Shown piece by piece: positions 25,884 through 38,935 of a DNA stretch of 64,000 nt. How positions within the stretch are numbered: position 1 is the first letter of the stretch; each line of letters starts with the position of its first letter. Below the pieces are notes generated by a model. The model had not been told where the DNA came from, did not search any database, and saw only the letters and a program-made list of their open reading frames with translations. The stretch is from Patellaria atrata CBS 101060 (lineage: Eukaryota), in assembly GCA_010093705.1 (NCBI GenBank), contig MU006093.1, positions 367,557 through 431,556 on the forward strand. Direction: 5' to 3'. A program made the translations under genes and the position numbers.

Positions 25884-28800
25884 TCATCCCCTCTGATTAA
25901 AAAACCAACTTGTTCTCTTGGAGCTTGGTTCTTGCTGTAGACTGCTCACTATTGGGACTGTAGCTTGTTCAGCGCCGCCTCCGCCTCTCAGCGGTTTCGC
26001 AATTCGCGACCCAGCACCGCCGAAAGCAAAACTTGCTCCTGAAGGTGATGCAGGCCCGCCAAGGCCTCTAGTGGAACCCTGTTTTGCCGCTTCGAGTCGT
26101 TCTTTGACTGCGGTAAGTTGTGCTTCGAATCTACAACCAGGTGTCTTAGTATAAGTTCATTCAATAAAGGGGTACAGGGTACATACCGATGGTTCGAAGC
26201 TGTCAACTTTTCTTGACTGTCCTGCAATAAGCTTTCGAGGCTGATAATCCTATCGTTTCTTGCAATGAGTTTACGTTCCGCTATTGCAACCTCTTTCTTG
26301 AGAGCGCCATTCTGCTCGACTAGTTGTCGCTGCACGACAGTAAGCTGCTCAAGATTGCGCTCGAGGAACGCCATCTTCTTCTGTTGGGCACGATTGTTCG
26401 AGGTACGGAGAACATTGTTGTATTGTTCTCGAGTTTCATCGAGAGAAATCTCCAGCTCGACAACCTTGATCGACGTAATCAGTACCAGTACTAGTATCAT
26501 CAATAATGTTTTTGTACTTACTCTTTCACACCGATTCTGTAGATCCCGCATCAAGCTCTTCTTCATGGCGTCAAACTCCGCAAGTTGCTGTTGAACGGAT
26601 TTGCCACCAACAGCACCGTTCACCCCATTGGTACCTGCATCGCCGTTCAGTCTCTGTTTAAGAGCGTCAATCTCCACAGTCAATGCTTTATTCTCTTCGC
26701 TCTTCCGTGTGAGATCATTTTTGAGCTCGTCGAGAAGCTCGCTCTGCCCTTCTTGTCGGGATTCATACGCAGCCGCTAATCTCGACTTTATCTCTTGAAC
26801 ATCTATTTCTGCGACATTTTGTTCGAGCAGCTCCTCATATTCTTTTTGCGTCTTCTCTAGACGCTGTTCGAGAGCGTATCTGCGCTGGAGATGCGTCTCG
26901 TCTTGTTCACCGCGCTCGTTTATTGCAAGCTCCGCTTGTCGTACGATTCCTTGCGTCTCAAGTAATTTTTGACGGAGGTCAATGAGCTCCTCCGGTGCAA
27001 TTGCCTCTCCTGCCACGCTCATATCATGTAGTGCGTCGAGCTGCTCGATCACCTTCCTAATACTTCGCTCATTGTCGCTGAAAATCTCTCCTCCAAGGTC
27101 AAATCCAGCCATCATTTGAGCCATACGCTCCGCCTTCTTCTTTTCTTTTTCATCCAGAAGGACACTACTCTCCTTTGCACTCATTTTTGCATCTAGGAGC
27201 TGCTGCTTGACCTCGTCTAATTCTGCAGTTAATTCCGCGTTGGCTTCCTTGAGTCCGTCCATAGTAATGAACTGTTCTTTAGCCTCGAAATTAACCCTCT
27301 CGATTTGCATTCGTAGATCGCTCATTTCCGAACTCAACTTCTCATTCTCCTTATTAACACGCCCTTCGTTTTCCTTCAGAGATCGTAGCTCATCCTTGAC
27401 CTCCTTCAAACTCTTCTCCGCGTTTGCGATTGCAGTTTCTTTCTCGGCAAGCTGATCCTGCAGTTCGTTCTCCCGTCTTAGAAACTCTTCTCGTTCGTCC
27501 TTGTCAAGCACGATGCTTGGAGTACCTGCGCGCTCGAGCTCCATACGTGACTCAGATCTCGTCGGTGTTTCCGATCGTCTCGTTTCCTGCAGTCGTGATG
27601 GTGTCTCTGCGCCAGACCTTGGAGTTGCGGGAGTCCTCCTTGTCACAACACCTTCTTGGCCTAGTGATGGAACCCACCTCTCCTTTGGTACGGATTCACC
27701 ACTCCGCCATAATTGGACCTCACCTTCTAAAGTCGACACATAACTCTCAAACGTAGTAACCTGTGATTGAGCCTTCTTGAGTAAGGCCTTAAGTTCTGTA
27801 GGGCTAAGTTCAGCGTTAACCTTAGCCTTGTTCTTAATGGACTTCGCGCGCATGCCAAATCGTAATGTGCTGAGCGTTTCCTCTGCGTTGTAACTACTGG
27901 GTGAACAATTTATGATGAGTGACGTTCTTGAGTTACCTCCTAGCGATTCTTGAAGGATACGGGTGAGTTTGGAGTCTCTGTATGGGATGTGCGTAGATTT
28001 GCCATCAGTAAGAGAATTGATAACCATGCCCAAAGCACTCAAACTCTTATTGATTTTCTTCGCTTCTTCAAGAGTCTGTCCGCTGGCGCCGGTCTTTCCG
28101 ACCTTTTCACTACCCGCAAGATCAACGAGGAAGAGCTGTCCACTTTTGGCCGATCCTGTCTCTACATTCTTTTGTGTGACGGTAATCACGAATATCGAGT
28201 GTGATCGCGAGGACTCCTGGTTCATATTTGTGGCTGCAACTGCTCTGGCCATCCCCCCTCTTCGCATGACTTCGTACACTTCTTGTACGCTAGAGACGTA
28301 GATTTCCAGCAGACCTTTGACGTAAACTCCCCTGCTCTTTTCCTCATGAACGGGTAGGTTGTCATTTTGTGGTTGTAACAAATCCCTAATTCTCTCCATA
28401 TAAATCTCCATGTAACTTACTCTTACGGTGTACTCAATATTCCCGGGACTCGCCAATATACTTGCAAAGATTTGTTCCACAATACGAGGAATAATACCTT
28501 TACCCTCATCATCGTCGATATCTGAGCCCATCATGGTATAAGATTTACCCGCTCCAGTTTGGCCGTACGCGAAAACTGTTCCATTGTAGCCGTTAAGAAT
28601 ATCGTCAACTGTGTTCTTGATTGAGAATTCGAAAACATCGGATTGACGCGAGTTCATGTCAAAGACACGATCGAAGGTAAAGGCTCCAGCAGCATCTTTT
28701 GACTGAGTATAAAGTTAGCGCTAGTAATCAGAGTTTGAAGCTTGAAGTTCTGCCTACGCTGATACTGCATGTATCCTGAGTTTCGAACGCTACAACTGGC

Positions 28801-29132
28801 TCTCCACCACTAGCAATTTCGATTTTGTTCTGCGGCCTGAAGCGCGCCACCACTACATACTAGTTAGCATGGTTCTTCCTCAACATATTGTCCTTTACGC
28901 CTCGTATCCATTCCTCGGCCACATTACTGGCTAGTTCCGCATGGCGTCTCCTTTCAGACTCGATTCCGCGTTCCAATATACCCCACCTTCTCGATGCCTT
29001 CCTCTTGATATCCAGAAGTAGACGTACCCTTTATGCTATTATAGCTCCTACAGTAATATTAGTAAGTTCTCTAAACATCAATTCATTGACCGTGTGTGCA
29101 GAGGCGGGAGTTTCGAGAAAGACTTACGCCAT
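25884..29132 (-). CDS. kinA: Kinesin-1 heavy chain (conventional kinesin, KinA/Nkin type)
   Basis: MASYNSIKVVARFRPQN assembled from micro-exons; P-loop YGQTGAGKSYT; NQESSRSH; LVDLAGSE; coiled coil; tail SRIAKPLRGG...KRTSWFF. Confidence 0.95.
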
Positions 29133-30045
29133 ATCAACTCAACAGCGGCTTAACTGGCCCCACGGCCCGCCAAGTGACAATCAAGACGTATATGTAGCTG
29201 TTCAGTATTCGTTGCACCCAGGACAAGTCTCTTCGCTTCTTCCACTTAGACAAGCTCGGATTTGTGTATGTGCTTAGAGTTACAGTGGAGGGTAAAATAT
29301 CCAGGGAGCCGTTTGTCAGATAAACGCGAGTCTCAGTATCCGGACAGGGCGCAGAGCCTCAAACTCAGACATGCAGTATTAGAATGAATACTCGAGAGGT
29401 TAATCAGAGCGGTGCGAGAAATTGTCTCAAGTTGTACGGATCTTGTTGAAAGCTGGTCATTATTTAGAGGGTTGTTGATAGCCAAGAATCGCGGACATGG
29501 GGTCGGTGGTTTTGATGTTTACGTGATGCCCGCCCACCACGTCCACGCAGTACAAGGTACCGTGCTAATGGCTTTCTGGACCGCGTAAGAGCACAAAGGG
29601 GTTATAGTTAGAGAGCCCGAAGATGTTCAGCTTACAACAAATTTGAACATTGTACAGACGTTCGAAATTTATTGATGTATTTGGGGCATTAATGCATTTC
29701 CTTCATCATAACTATGCAAGTTGCAGGAAACACCCCCCCACAGCCTCACCTTGAACGCCAGTACAGTAACCCAGAGGAAAGCCCACCCTATGCACTTGAA
29801 TCAGTAACACCAAGACCAGAGAACCTTTCTACCCACGCCCCATACTCCACCGCGGGAACATCGTTCCAGAGGATGTAATAAACAATGGATGCCCGGGGAT
29901 AGAGTCGAAAGCAAGGAAAGACTGTCTGACGGAAAGATGAACGCCATATGTAGGCGGTTGGGATGAAAGAAAGATGTTCAGCGGGTCGTTGATATGTCAA
30001 TAGCGGTAGTAGGGCCCGTCGAGTGATGGCTCGAGTGAAGGGTTA

Positions 30046-31022
30046 TTAATCCTCCCAGCTCTTTTCCACTGTCTCCCTCACACGCTTCACGTACTCCCTT
30101 CGATTGTCCTTGAAAAGGTTCGATGCTTCCACATTAGCTGGCGAGGCAGTATTTGGATCATTGAGAAGACTGTTAGATGACTCAAATTAGTTATTACTCC
30201 GATCAACTGGTTCCGGACTCCAATTCGGAAGTTTACGTACCTCTGAATGCTAGTCAGGATAGCTGCTACATCATAAGTCGGGCTCCACCGATTCTGCAAG
30301 ATATCCAAGCATAGTTCACCAGTCCCATACACATTCGGATGGAACATCTGACTGATAAACTTCACTCCTGGTGGCTTGTTGGGATAGGCTTCCTCGAAGT
30401 GCATGACCAGACGAAATGTCCCATCCTCAAACGGGGTATCAGCGGGACCGATAATCACGGCATTCCTATAAGCGTTGTTAGCAACATGTTACATAGGCTC
30501 TTAGAAGTATGAAGCTTGGAAATCGGAAAGACGAGTGGAGGGGTACTAGGAAGATAACAGTGATTCAAGTATCGGTTGGGCAGAGGATTGGATATCAGAA
30601 CTTGACTGTATTAAGCCGAGTGCGCTTGTGATCGTTTTGAAGAAGCTAATGAAGCTATCGAGACCGCCGTCCTACCATCCCATGTATCGGTTGTAGAGAA
30701 ATGTGCTCAGGTAAGATGAAGTAGCAATGTGAACGAGAAATCGAGAAGAATATGCCATACCAGGTCATGACATTATCAGCAACTGGACTTGCAGAGACGC
30801 CGGCTGGGGGATCGGTTTGCATGCGCTGCGTTGCTTAAGTTAGCCCCAATTGTTTAAACAGCTGCCCCATCTTCTATATTACGCGCGAAGTTGTCTCTCT
30901 ACTACAATATCTTCTCTTTTCCGCTGAAGATAAGGAACACATACACCCCATGCTTTGGGGTGGGGAAAGGGTGTACCCACCTTAAAATCCCGCATAAGTC
31001 TTCGACGCGCTGAAGTCGACAT
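30046..31022 (-). CDS. RAD6: Ubiquitin-conjugating enzyme E2 Rad6/Ubc2, 4 exons
   Basis: [28 protein letters not shown] and [25 protein letters not shown]; ends VEKSWED*. Confidence 0.96.
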
Positions 31023-31631
31023 TATTGCAAATCTGGTTCTCCAAGCTTAATTTAGTGACGAGCGTTTGATGGAGATTCGGTAACGGTGGATTATGATGGA
31101 GGTCTGCAAGGGATGGAAATGTATCCCAAGGTGAAGGAGGGTTGATGTTTGATGTGAAGGTTAGGTGGAGGTTCAGGTCCTCATATGACTTTGCAGGTAG
31201 AACCATACCCTGTTTCAAAGGCGACAAATACTTGCCACTACCTTTGAGAAATACTCTCTTGGCACAGCGCTTTTGGGAGTAAAAAAGTTTTCACTTGTTT
31301 GATCTTTCACAAGGTGATTTCAATTCGCAATAGACCCTCCATTTCGTTTGACAATGGTCAATGGTACTAATAAACACATGGTAGAACTTACTTTTCGGCT
31401 TCCAATATTCCATAAGTCCCCAGATCATCCGGACCACCGTAAATTAAAATCCCCCAAGTCTATACTACAATGAAATATACAATAAAAAGTCGAAGGGGAG
31501 AATTACCTAGAGCCCGCCATAAATCATCTATATGCTCTACATGCCGCCCCCAACGCCTTTCATTCTTGTGATTCCATAGTTTTACATTTTACTGTTGGAG
31601 TAGATCTCTCCAGTTCACTTCCTGTCCCAGT

Positions 31632-33779
31632 TTAATAGCGGTTCCGAGTGGATCGGTCAAAGTTGTCTCGACCGAAACCCCTATCCCGATCTCCTCCGAA
31701 ACCTCCTCTAGAACCACGATCTCCTCCGAAACCTCCTCTAGAACTCCGGTCTCCATTGTCGTACCTATCCCGCTGGGGCCGTCCCATACTTCCCCTATTG
31801 TTATCTCTGCCACGGGATGGCGCCGTGTCTCCAAAGAGATCATCTCTCCCTGCTCCCGAGTCCCTGTTGCTGAAGCCACCCCTATTTCCAAAGGAACCTT
31901 GTCTGCCGTCAGTATCGAAGGATCGAGGGCCCGCGACCATATTTATGCCGCTAAGGTTGCTTAAGCGTAATCTCGACGCTAAAGTTGGAGAAATCGATGG
32001 TGGTTGTGACATTCCCCATCCATATCGCGCTAGTTGATTCATGGAATCCATAAGCCTCTGCTTGTCTGGATACCATTGGTAAATACCAAGTTGCGCAAGG
32101 TACATTTTGTTTAGATCTTCGAGAGGAATCGTGCGATAAGCCTGGCCAATAGAGTTGAGGATATTAGCAACAGAGACTGGTACCTGTGCCTCTTTGGTCA
32201 TATTAATATTAGGCGTCAGAAGAGATGTATCAACTTCAAGTGGGATATTCCGTAGTCGTCTTCGAACCTCCGGGTACTCAAGTTCCGATACGACGAGCCA
32301 ACCTTGACCCTCTTTTCCGGCACGAGCGGTACGACCTATTCTGTGGATGTAAGTATCTGAGTCGTTTGCTAGGCCCATCTGAATGACGTGCGTGACATTT
32401 GGGAAGTCCATGCCACGAGCCGTGACATCTGAAGAGACCATAATTGCGGATGTAGCTCTCCTAAAATAGCCAGCCGCCCTGGTACGCTGTTCCTGACTGA
32501 GTTTGGAATGGATCTCGAAGACGCGGGTACCAGGTAGGGCCGAAGTTCCATTCACACGGTTACTGGGCAAATTTCTGAGGACTGAAGAGGCCAAGGAGAC
32601 TTCTGCTGTCGAGTTATAGTATATCAGCGCTTTGAATGGCATTTCCGGTGTTGCAGCGGCAATTTCTCTCTGGCAAAGCTCGACCAGACACGGCAAGTTA
32701 TTTTCGAACGCACCCGCATTAACGACTTTTTGAGGAACGCGTTCATGAGTCGGCACTTCATCATCCCTAACACACTTGACAAAATCGAACCCAGGTTTAA
32801 GAGTTTGTCGAACGATGCCGATGATACCCTTACCAACCGTAGCGGAGAACATCATGGTCTGGCGATTAACCTGTTCGGTCGGGGGAAGGGCGGCCATGAT
32901 ATTTTGAATTTCTGGCCAGAAGCCTTGATCCAGGAGTCTGTCCGCTTCGTCGAGGACCAAGCATTTAAGAGCAGGGGCTTGAACACCAGTATATGGGTCG
33001 TTGAGGATATCGTTCAGGCGGCCTGGTGTACCCACTAAAATATGACAACCTTGCTGCTGAATGCGTCTGAGCCCCTCTCTCTTCTGTGTTCCTCCTACAG
33101 CAGTCTGAACAACTAGCCCTGTGTTCCTGACAACTCTGCTGGCTTCTGTGGCAATTTGTTCCGCTAATTCCCTAGTGGGGGATATAATGAGAGCACGAAT
33201 ATCGGATGCGCTGGCTCTACTACCCCTATACGATCGTACTCTGTTCACATGAGCCAATTCTGGGTTATCCCTAAGGATATTCTGGACTAAGGGTAGAAGA
33301 AAGCCCAGGGTTTTTCCGGTTCCGGTTTTGGCCTGCGCGATTCTATACATAATTAGCAGAAATTTAGAATAGAAGGAGGGTCAATCATACATATCGTTGC
33401 CTTTTAATGCTTGGCTGATGGTTTTCGTTTGGACTTCAGTCATAGTCTCTAATCCCATCCCTTGAGTAACTGCTCTCACGACATTCTCATGTATCAACCC
33501 ATTTTTTTCCAAGTCGGCAAACTGTGTGACAGTAATATTCCCACCCGAAGCGTCTCCATTGCCACTATCCGTGGGTGCCTGTGCCTGCGCTTGGGCACTC
33601 TGACTCTGCCATGCAGATTGAGTAAACGTTCGAACCGCGGATGGAGAGATAAATGCCAATCGGGACAATGATGATGGTGTCTTAGTAAAGCTTGCTGCTC
33701 GTATAACTTTCGATGAGAATTGGTGATTACATATCGAGCGTGGTAAAGACGCAGGGCATCTTCTTAGGGCCACTAGCAT
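31632..33779 (-). CDS. MSS116: Mitochondrial DEAD-box RNA helicase (Mss116/Cyt-19), 2 exons
   Basis: Arg/Ser-rich presequence; AKTGTGKT, SPTRELA, LDEADRLL, MFSAT, ARGMDFP and YIHRIGRTAR motifs; RGG-rich tail. Confidence 0.9.
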
Positions 33780-34191
33780 GTTGGAAGAACGAAACAAATG
33801 TATAATGCGAGAAGCAGGTATACAGCTGACAAATTGAGTATTAAAAGAAAGTCTGGAATATGGGAAAGTTACTAAAAAAGTTCGAAGGTCGAGATACCTT
33901 CGAACTTGATGAAAGATAGGAGTCGTGAACTGAAGGCGATGAAAGACTTGGAGTTTCAAGAACTTTTTCGATATCAGGGTACGCTAGCAGATATCGTCCG
34001 TGCGCAACCTCTAGCTTGACTTGCTCACCTCCACTCACTTGGCCGCGTCTGCCCTGGATATCAAACTCGGTGGTTTCTAATATCTAAATTTCTAGTCGGT
34101 TGGAAGAACCACATATTCATTATCTCATTATTTATCAAGTCGCTTTAAGTACAAGTATCATGTCCGTTTGTCAATCGTCTCATTTGCCTCG

Positions 34192-35289
34192 TCATTGCGT
34201 TTCTCTCCCCCTACTCGTCGAGCCTGTTTCTGTCACTCCAAAAATTACCATCCCTTCTCCAACACCCTCGTGAACACCACCTGCTACACCTCGCATCCAC
34301 CAAATCACCGCATCGTTCAAAGCTTGTCCGACTTTTCCTCCGTTCATACTACAAATAGTGTTACCGATCGCGATGCTTCTCCTAACCACCCTCTTCATTG
34401 CGTTCAAACCTCCGCGAACCACGCTCTCGCATATCCGATGCTCTCGCTCATAACCATACGCACGTCCAATCAGCGATCTAACATGAGGAAGAAGAAAGTG
34501 AACGAGTAGAGAGACATGTATTATTGCTGCAGCTAGAGCTCGGTGTAAAACCGATGGTAGATTTTCTTTTGGGGGATCGCATAAATTTGACGTGGATCGA
34601 TTAATAGAGGGTATAATCACTCCTTCAGATAGAACGGACTTTAATTGCGGCTTCGGAAGACATGCGTCTATACTAAGCTTCTCGACTGTTGAGAGATCTG
34701 TTGGGAGCCCACGGAGAAGGTAAGTAACAGCATGAATGTACAGCTGACGACTGAGGGAAGGCAACCGTTCTTTCGTATCATTGGCGAATGTGGACGACTC
34801 TTGCGCTGCTAAAGTAAGGAGATTTACGCCTTAGAAGTTAGTCTGGTTCAAATATCCAGGAGACCTTTCTCTACCTTGATTTGCATATTTCCAGATGATA
34901 CCGCTTTCGGACTCAGCCACACGGGATGGTAATGGTGAGAAGTAAGACGATGCAGGATACTCGTAACCGGAACCATCATTCTGACCTCTTTCCGCTTTCA
35001 CGCTCTTTTCAAACTCTGGTACTGGGAATGGAGGCCCTTCATCTGAAATAAAGTAAGGTGGAGGAGGGGTTCGCGTGCCTGTGGTCGACTCTTTCGAGGG
35101 TGATCGCAATTCAGTAAACGATGCAAACGACTGCCTTATCGACTGTATCTTAGGTATCCTTCTCTGAACCAAGGTTGGCAGAATTTTGTACAAGAGAGAA
35201 GGGCGTTTTCCCTCAAATTGAATCGCTGGGATAGCTTCTAGGTTTCTAAGAGCCGAAGTGTCGCGGAAAGAGTCTCCTGCTGGAATCAT
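34192..35289 (-). CDS. Conserved hypothetical fungal protein, 2 exons
   Basis: Two ORFs (34831-35289 and 34192-34764) joined by a GT-AG intron after 'SGIIWKYANQG'; protein-like composition. Confidence 0.65.
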
Positions 35290-36031
35290 TTCTTAAAAAT
35301 TACCTGACTGAAATTTTTTTAATCTATTTCAGCAGGAGAGAGTAGAATTTAAATTAAGATATGGTGCCCCAACGATATTCTATACTTATCGTGTAGCAGC
35401 GACTTATCATACTCCGCATGTGAAACTTCCTGACTCTGAAGGGTTGCCATTCCTAATATACCCTAGTTCTAGTGCCGCTAGTCAAACGTCTTTTTCACAT
35501 GAATTTTAACTCCAAAAAAGCTCCAATTGGAAGAATAGAAAATTACACGCTTCTGGGCTGAACTCTATCCATGTGAAGGAATCCAATTCTATGTCATATT
35601 TGTGGTTAAGTTAACCGGATGAGTCGGGCCTGAAGACCTCCTGAAAAGCTCACATCGGACAAAGGCACAGAAAACCTCTCGGATCAAGAACTAACCGCTA
35701 CATCGCAATATCGCAACATCGGATGCATCACCAGTACAAGGACATTTTTGGGTCTGCAGCTCATTCAAGCTTGAGTGTACCTTAGACTAACCAGAACGAA
35801 CTTCTTTGCAATCAAATTAGCAACACACAACAGGGGAAGAGCCGAACTTTTCGATAATCATTCTTATTTACACCTAGTAGTAAGCTACCATGCGTATGGC
35901 AGGTGTATATTGACTGACTAAAGCGGAACGCAACTTGGGAGGAGATCTATTGACCTTGTATTGCCCTTTCTAGCAAATCGTACATCGAGATTCGAAACGT
36001 ACAACCAAGTCAAGTACGACGAATTAGCCGA

Positions 36032-37217
36032 TCACAAAAAGTGCTTTGTGAAATTCTCACTCCAATCCCAAAACTGCTTCGCAATCCCCGTTCCGCCTTG
36101 TTCTTTGGTTCGTGTGGATTTAATGACCCCAAATTTGGGGTCATATAGCCTGCCCCAAGGCACTACGTAAGCTCCATTATTACTCGATGTGATATCCTCG
36201 GACCACCCTGCGTAGAGCTCTGTATATGCCCCCAGTACGGCAGGATAGAGCAGCCAGTCCTAAAGAGTGGTTAGCAGATATCTACATTAGACGAAAGAGA
36301 GAGTATATGTATAGGAGCCCACCAATGTAAGCGATTCGGACCAACCACTATATCGTTGTAATTCTGTCCTTAGATTCCCTGGGTTGAACGCAACTGAGAC
36401 CAGTCCTTGCTTGCCGAATCTTCGCGCTACCTCAGTTGCGTAGAAGATATTTCCAGCTTTGCTCACCGCGTAATTCTTTTTATTATCCCATCTGTAGGGC
36501 TTCCACTCTCCGTTCACTAGGTTGATTCCTACATACGGCGCGTACACGTCTACACCTATTGATGCAGCCCAAGTAACCCGGACGGAGCCAGGTCGAGACT
36601 TCGCAGCAGTTTTAAGAAGGATGGGAAGCAGATTATGTGTGAAGATAAAGTGGCCCAAGCAGTTGGTTCCCATCTGTATTTCGTTTCCTTGAGCATCTTT
36701 CGTCCCCAGAGGAGGGAACATCACTCCAGCATTGCTAATTCAATATTAACAAGGTATTGAAAAGAGCGTATAATGGACGTTGGACGGAGACTGAGTGGAT
36801 GATTTAACTAGAATCAATAGGAAAACGCAACAGGGCAACTTACTTAGTCAAAACATCCAGCCGTTCTTCTCTCCGCAAGAAGTTCTCTGCAGACTCCTTG
36901 ATAGTTGCGTGATCTGCTAGGTCCAATAGTAGGAACTCTATCCTACCTTTGCTATCGGGGAGGTCCTTCTTGATAGAATCAATTGCATTTCTACCCTTTG
37001 ACTCGCTTCGTCCTGCAATGTAGACTGTACCATTACGTTGATAGAGGATTTTGCATAGTTGATATCCAACCCCGGTATAGCCTCCCGTAATGATGAAGAC
37101 ACGGCCAAATTGATCAGGAAGGTTCTTTTCTGTGAGGGTTGGCTCAGCAATGAAAAATGATTGATTGAAAAACCGGGAGCAGAAGGTTATCACAGAGTCC
37201 AAAGGCCAGGGTGCCAT
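36032..37217 (-). CDS. Short-chain dehydrogenase/reductase (retinol dehydrogenase/WWOX-like), 3 exons
   Basis: ITGGYTGVG, LDVLTNNAG (across intron), catalytic YAVSK and NPGNLRTEL; ends QFWDWSENFTKHFL*. Confidence 0.9.
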
Positions 37218-38935
37218 GGTTCTTATGAATTTGTCCCTTTAACTGGTGCTTAATCACCTCGGCTTTCAAAGAGTAAATAGATAAATACTTGAACAGTATG
37301 TGAAAAAAAGTTACAACTGGAATGTTGCTCCGTGGGGTTTCACTTCAGATTCAGTTCACGGCATCAGAAGCCCTTGAACTCGTGAACTGGTAGATTTTTG
37401 CGTCAATGTACCGGTATGTACTTTTGTAGCATTCAGCGCCAGCTACAACACTTTTCTCGGTTTGACCTTGACGTGCTTTTGATTTCGGAAGTGTGTCGTT
37501 AACGATTGCCTTAACTAGTCTAGTGGGTAGAGTTGTACCTGACAGTACCTTGTTGCCTCGCTCACTACGACAGCGTATCAACATCGTCAGACTTCTAACG
37601 ATCTATCCGCACATTTGAAGAGTATATTCGAAACTTTTTAGGGATAATAATGGTATCTAACTGGACATAACGATGAATGAATCCCTCATCTTCTCAGCAT
37701 TATAGAGCCTGATTATTCACCCTACAATTTTACCGTTCAACTGGGAAACATATGAAGCACTTCGCGGTGGCCGGTAAGCAGCTTTGAGGTTAGTGAATTA
37801 TAACATTTTCACAGTAACAAACGATAATAAAGCAATCGGATATATCTTTAGGTTGAAACGAGCCATCAAGTCAGCTTTAGTCCTACCACGCGCGCCAACC
37901 TTAACGCCAGGAACCGTCAGCGCTTACAGTTTTAGAGTTCACGAGATGCCATCAATGCAACGCTACGGTACTATTTTCTGATTGCAGATATTCGACTTCT
38001 GGTCTTCGTAGATACTATCTCCAACTCGTGCGCATTATATCATTCAGTATTATCTTCGTTTGATAATATTCTTGTCCATTTCAGCGATTTAGAAAAATCT
38101 ATATCATTCATACGAGTCTTCCATTATACGCTTCACCCAAAATTGTTCACACATTCTATATTTGCAGCGTCTGAAGACGAACCCATCCATTAGCCTTTCT
38201 TAAATCGGTACTCGAAACATATTTCCTTCTACAAGCATTTGATCCCAGCGGTATGGGTATAAGATCCCTTGGACCCAACTGACCAAGTACTATCCATGCA
38301 CCCAGATCTGATCTCGAAACGTTAGTACTTAAGCTTAAATGTCCTGGCGTTGCTTATGTACAATACAATATTCTACTCATGGCAGCCACCAACAAAAATG
38401 TGAGTATATTCATTTGCTAGATACCTTACAGTATTTTCAAGTTATGGACTATATCTTTCAGGAATGTACTTAGTACAAACGCTAGCACTCGCCACTAACC
38501 CGGTATGCTTAACTGCATGACCAAGGGAACATCCGCAATGTGTATTGCCGCCTGTTTGGAAACCAATCACGTCTAGAGATACTGCGATCGGCTCGGGATG
38601 ATTTCTATATTCTAGTATCGATCACAGATAGCTTCTATTTCAATGGATACTGTTATACGATCTTGTAAGCTTTGGAGCTGAGTTACCACATCCTCAACCT
38701 TCTGTCATGTTCATAGCCGAACTTTGGTGAAACAATCATCAGAGAATGTCAGCGTCTATATACAAAGTTTTGACGATGATGGGATTGGCAATACTTTGTA
38801 AAGGTAACTGAAGTCTATATAATAAAGATGACCTGACTCCACTACTCAACACTCCAATTCGATCTTCAGTTCAACCTTTCCTTCATTTACTTCTTTCTTT
38901 CCGTTGTATCACATTCTTTGCATTTTTTTTTAGCC

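Noticed and set aside
30467..30760. Long introns of RAD6 (also ECH1 intron 1 and homeobox intron 1) as possible snoRNA hosts
   Set aside because: No convincing paired C/D boxes with an rRNA-complementary guide were seen by eye; H/ACA RNAs cannot be excluded without a covariance search.
31688..31745. 30-bp tandem duplication in MSS116
   Set aside because: It encodes the ordinary RGGFGGDR low-complexity tail of DEAD-box helicases.
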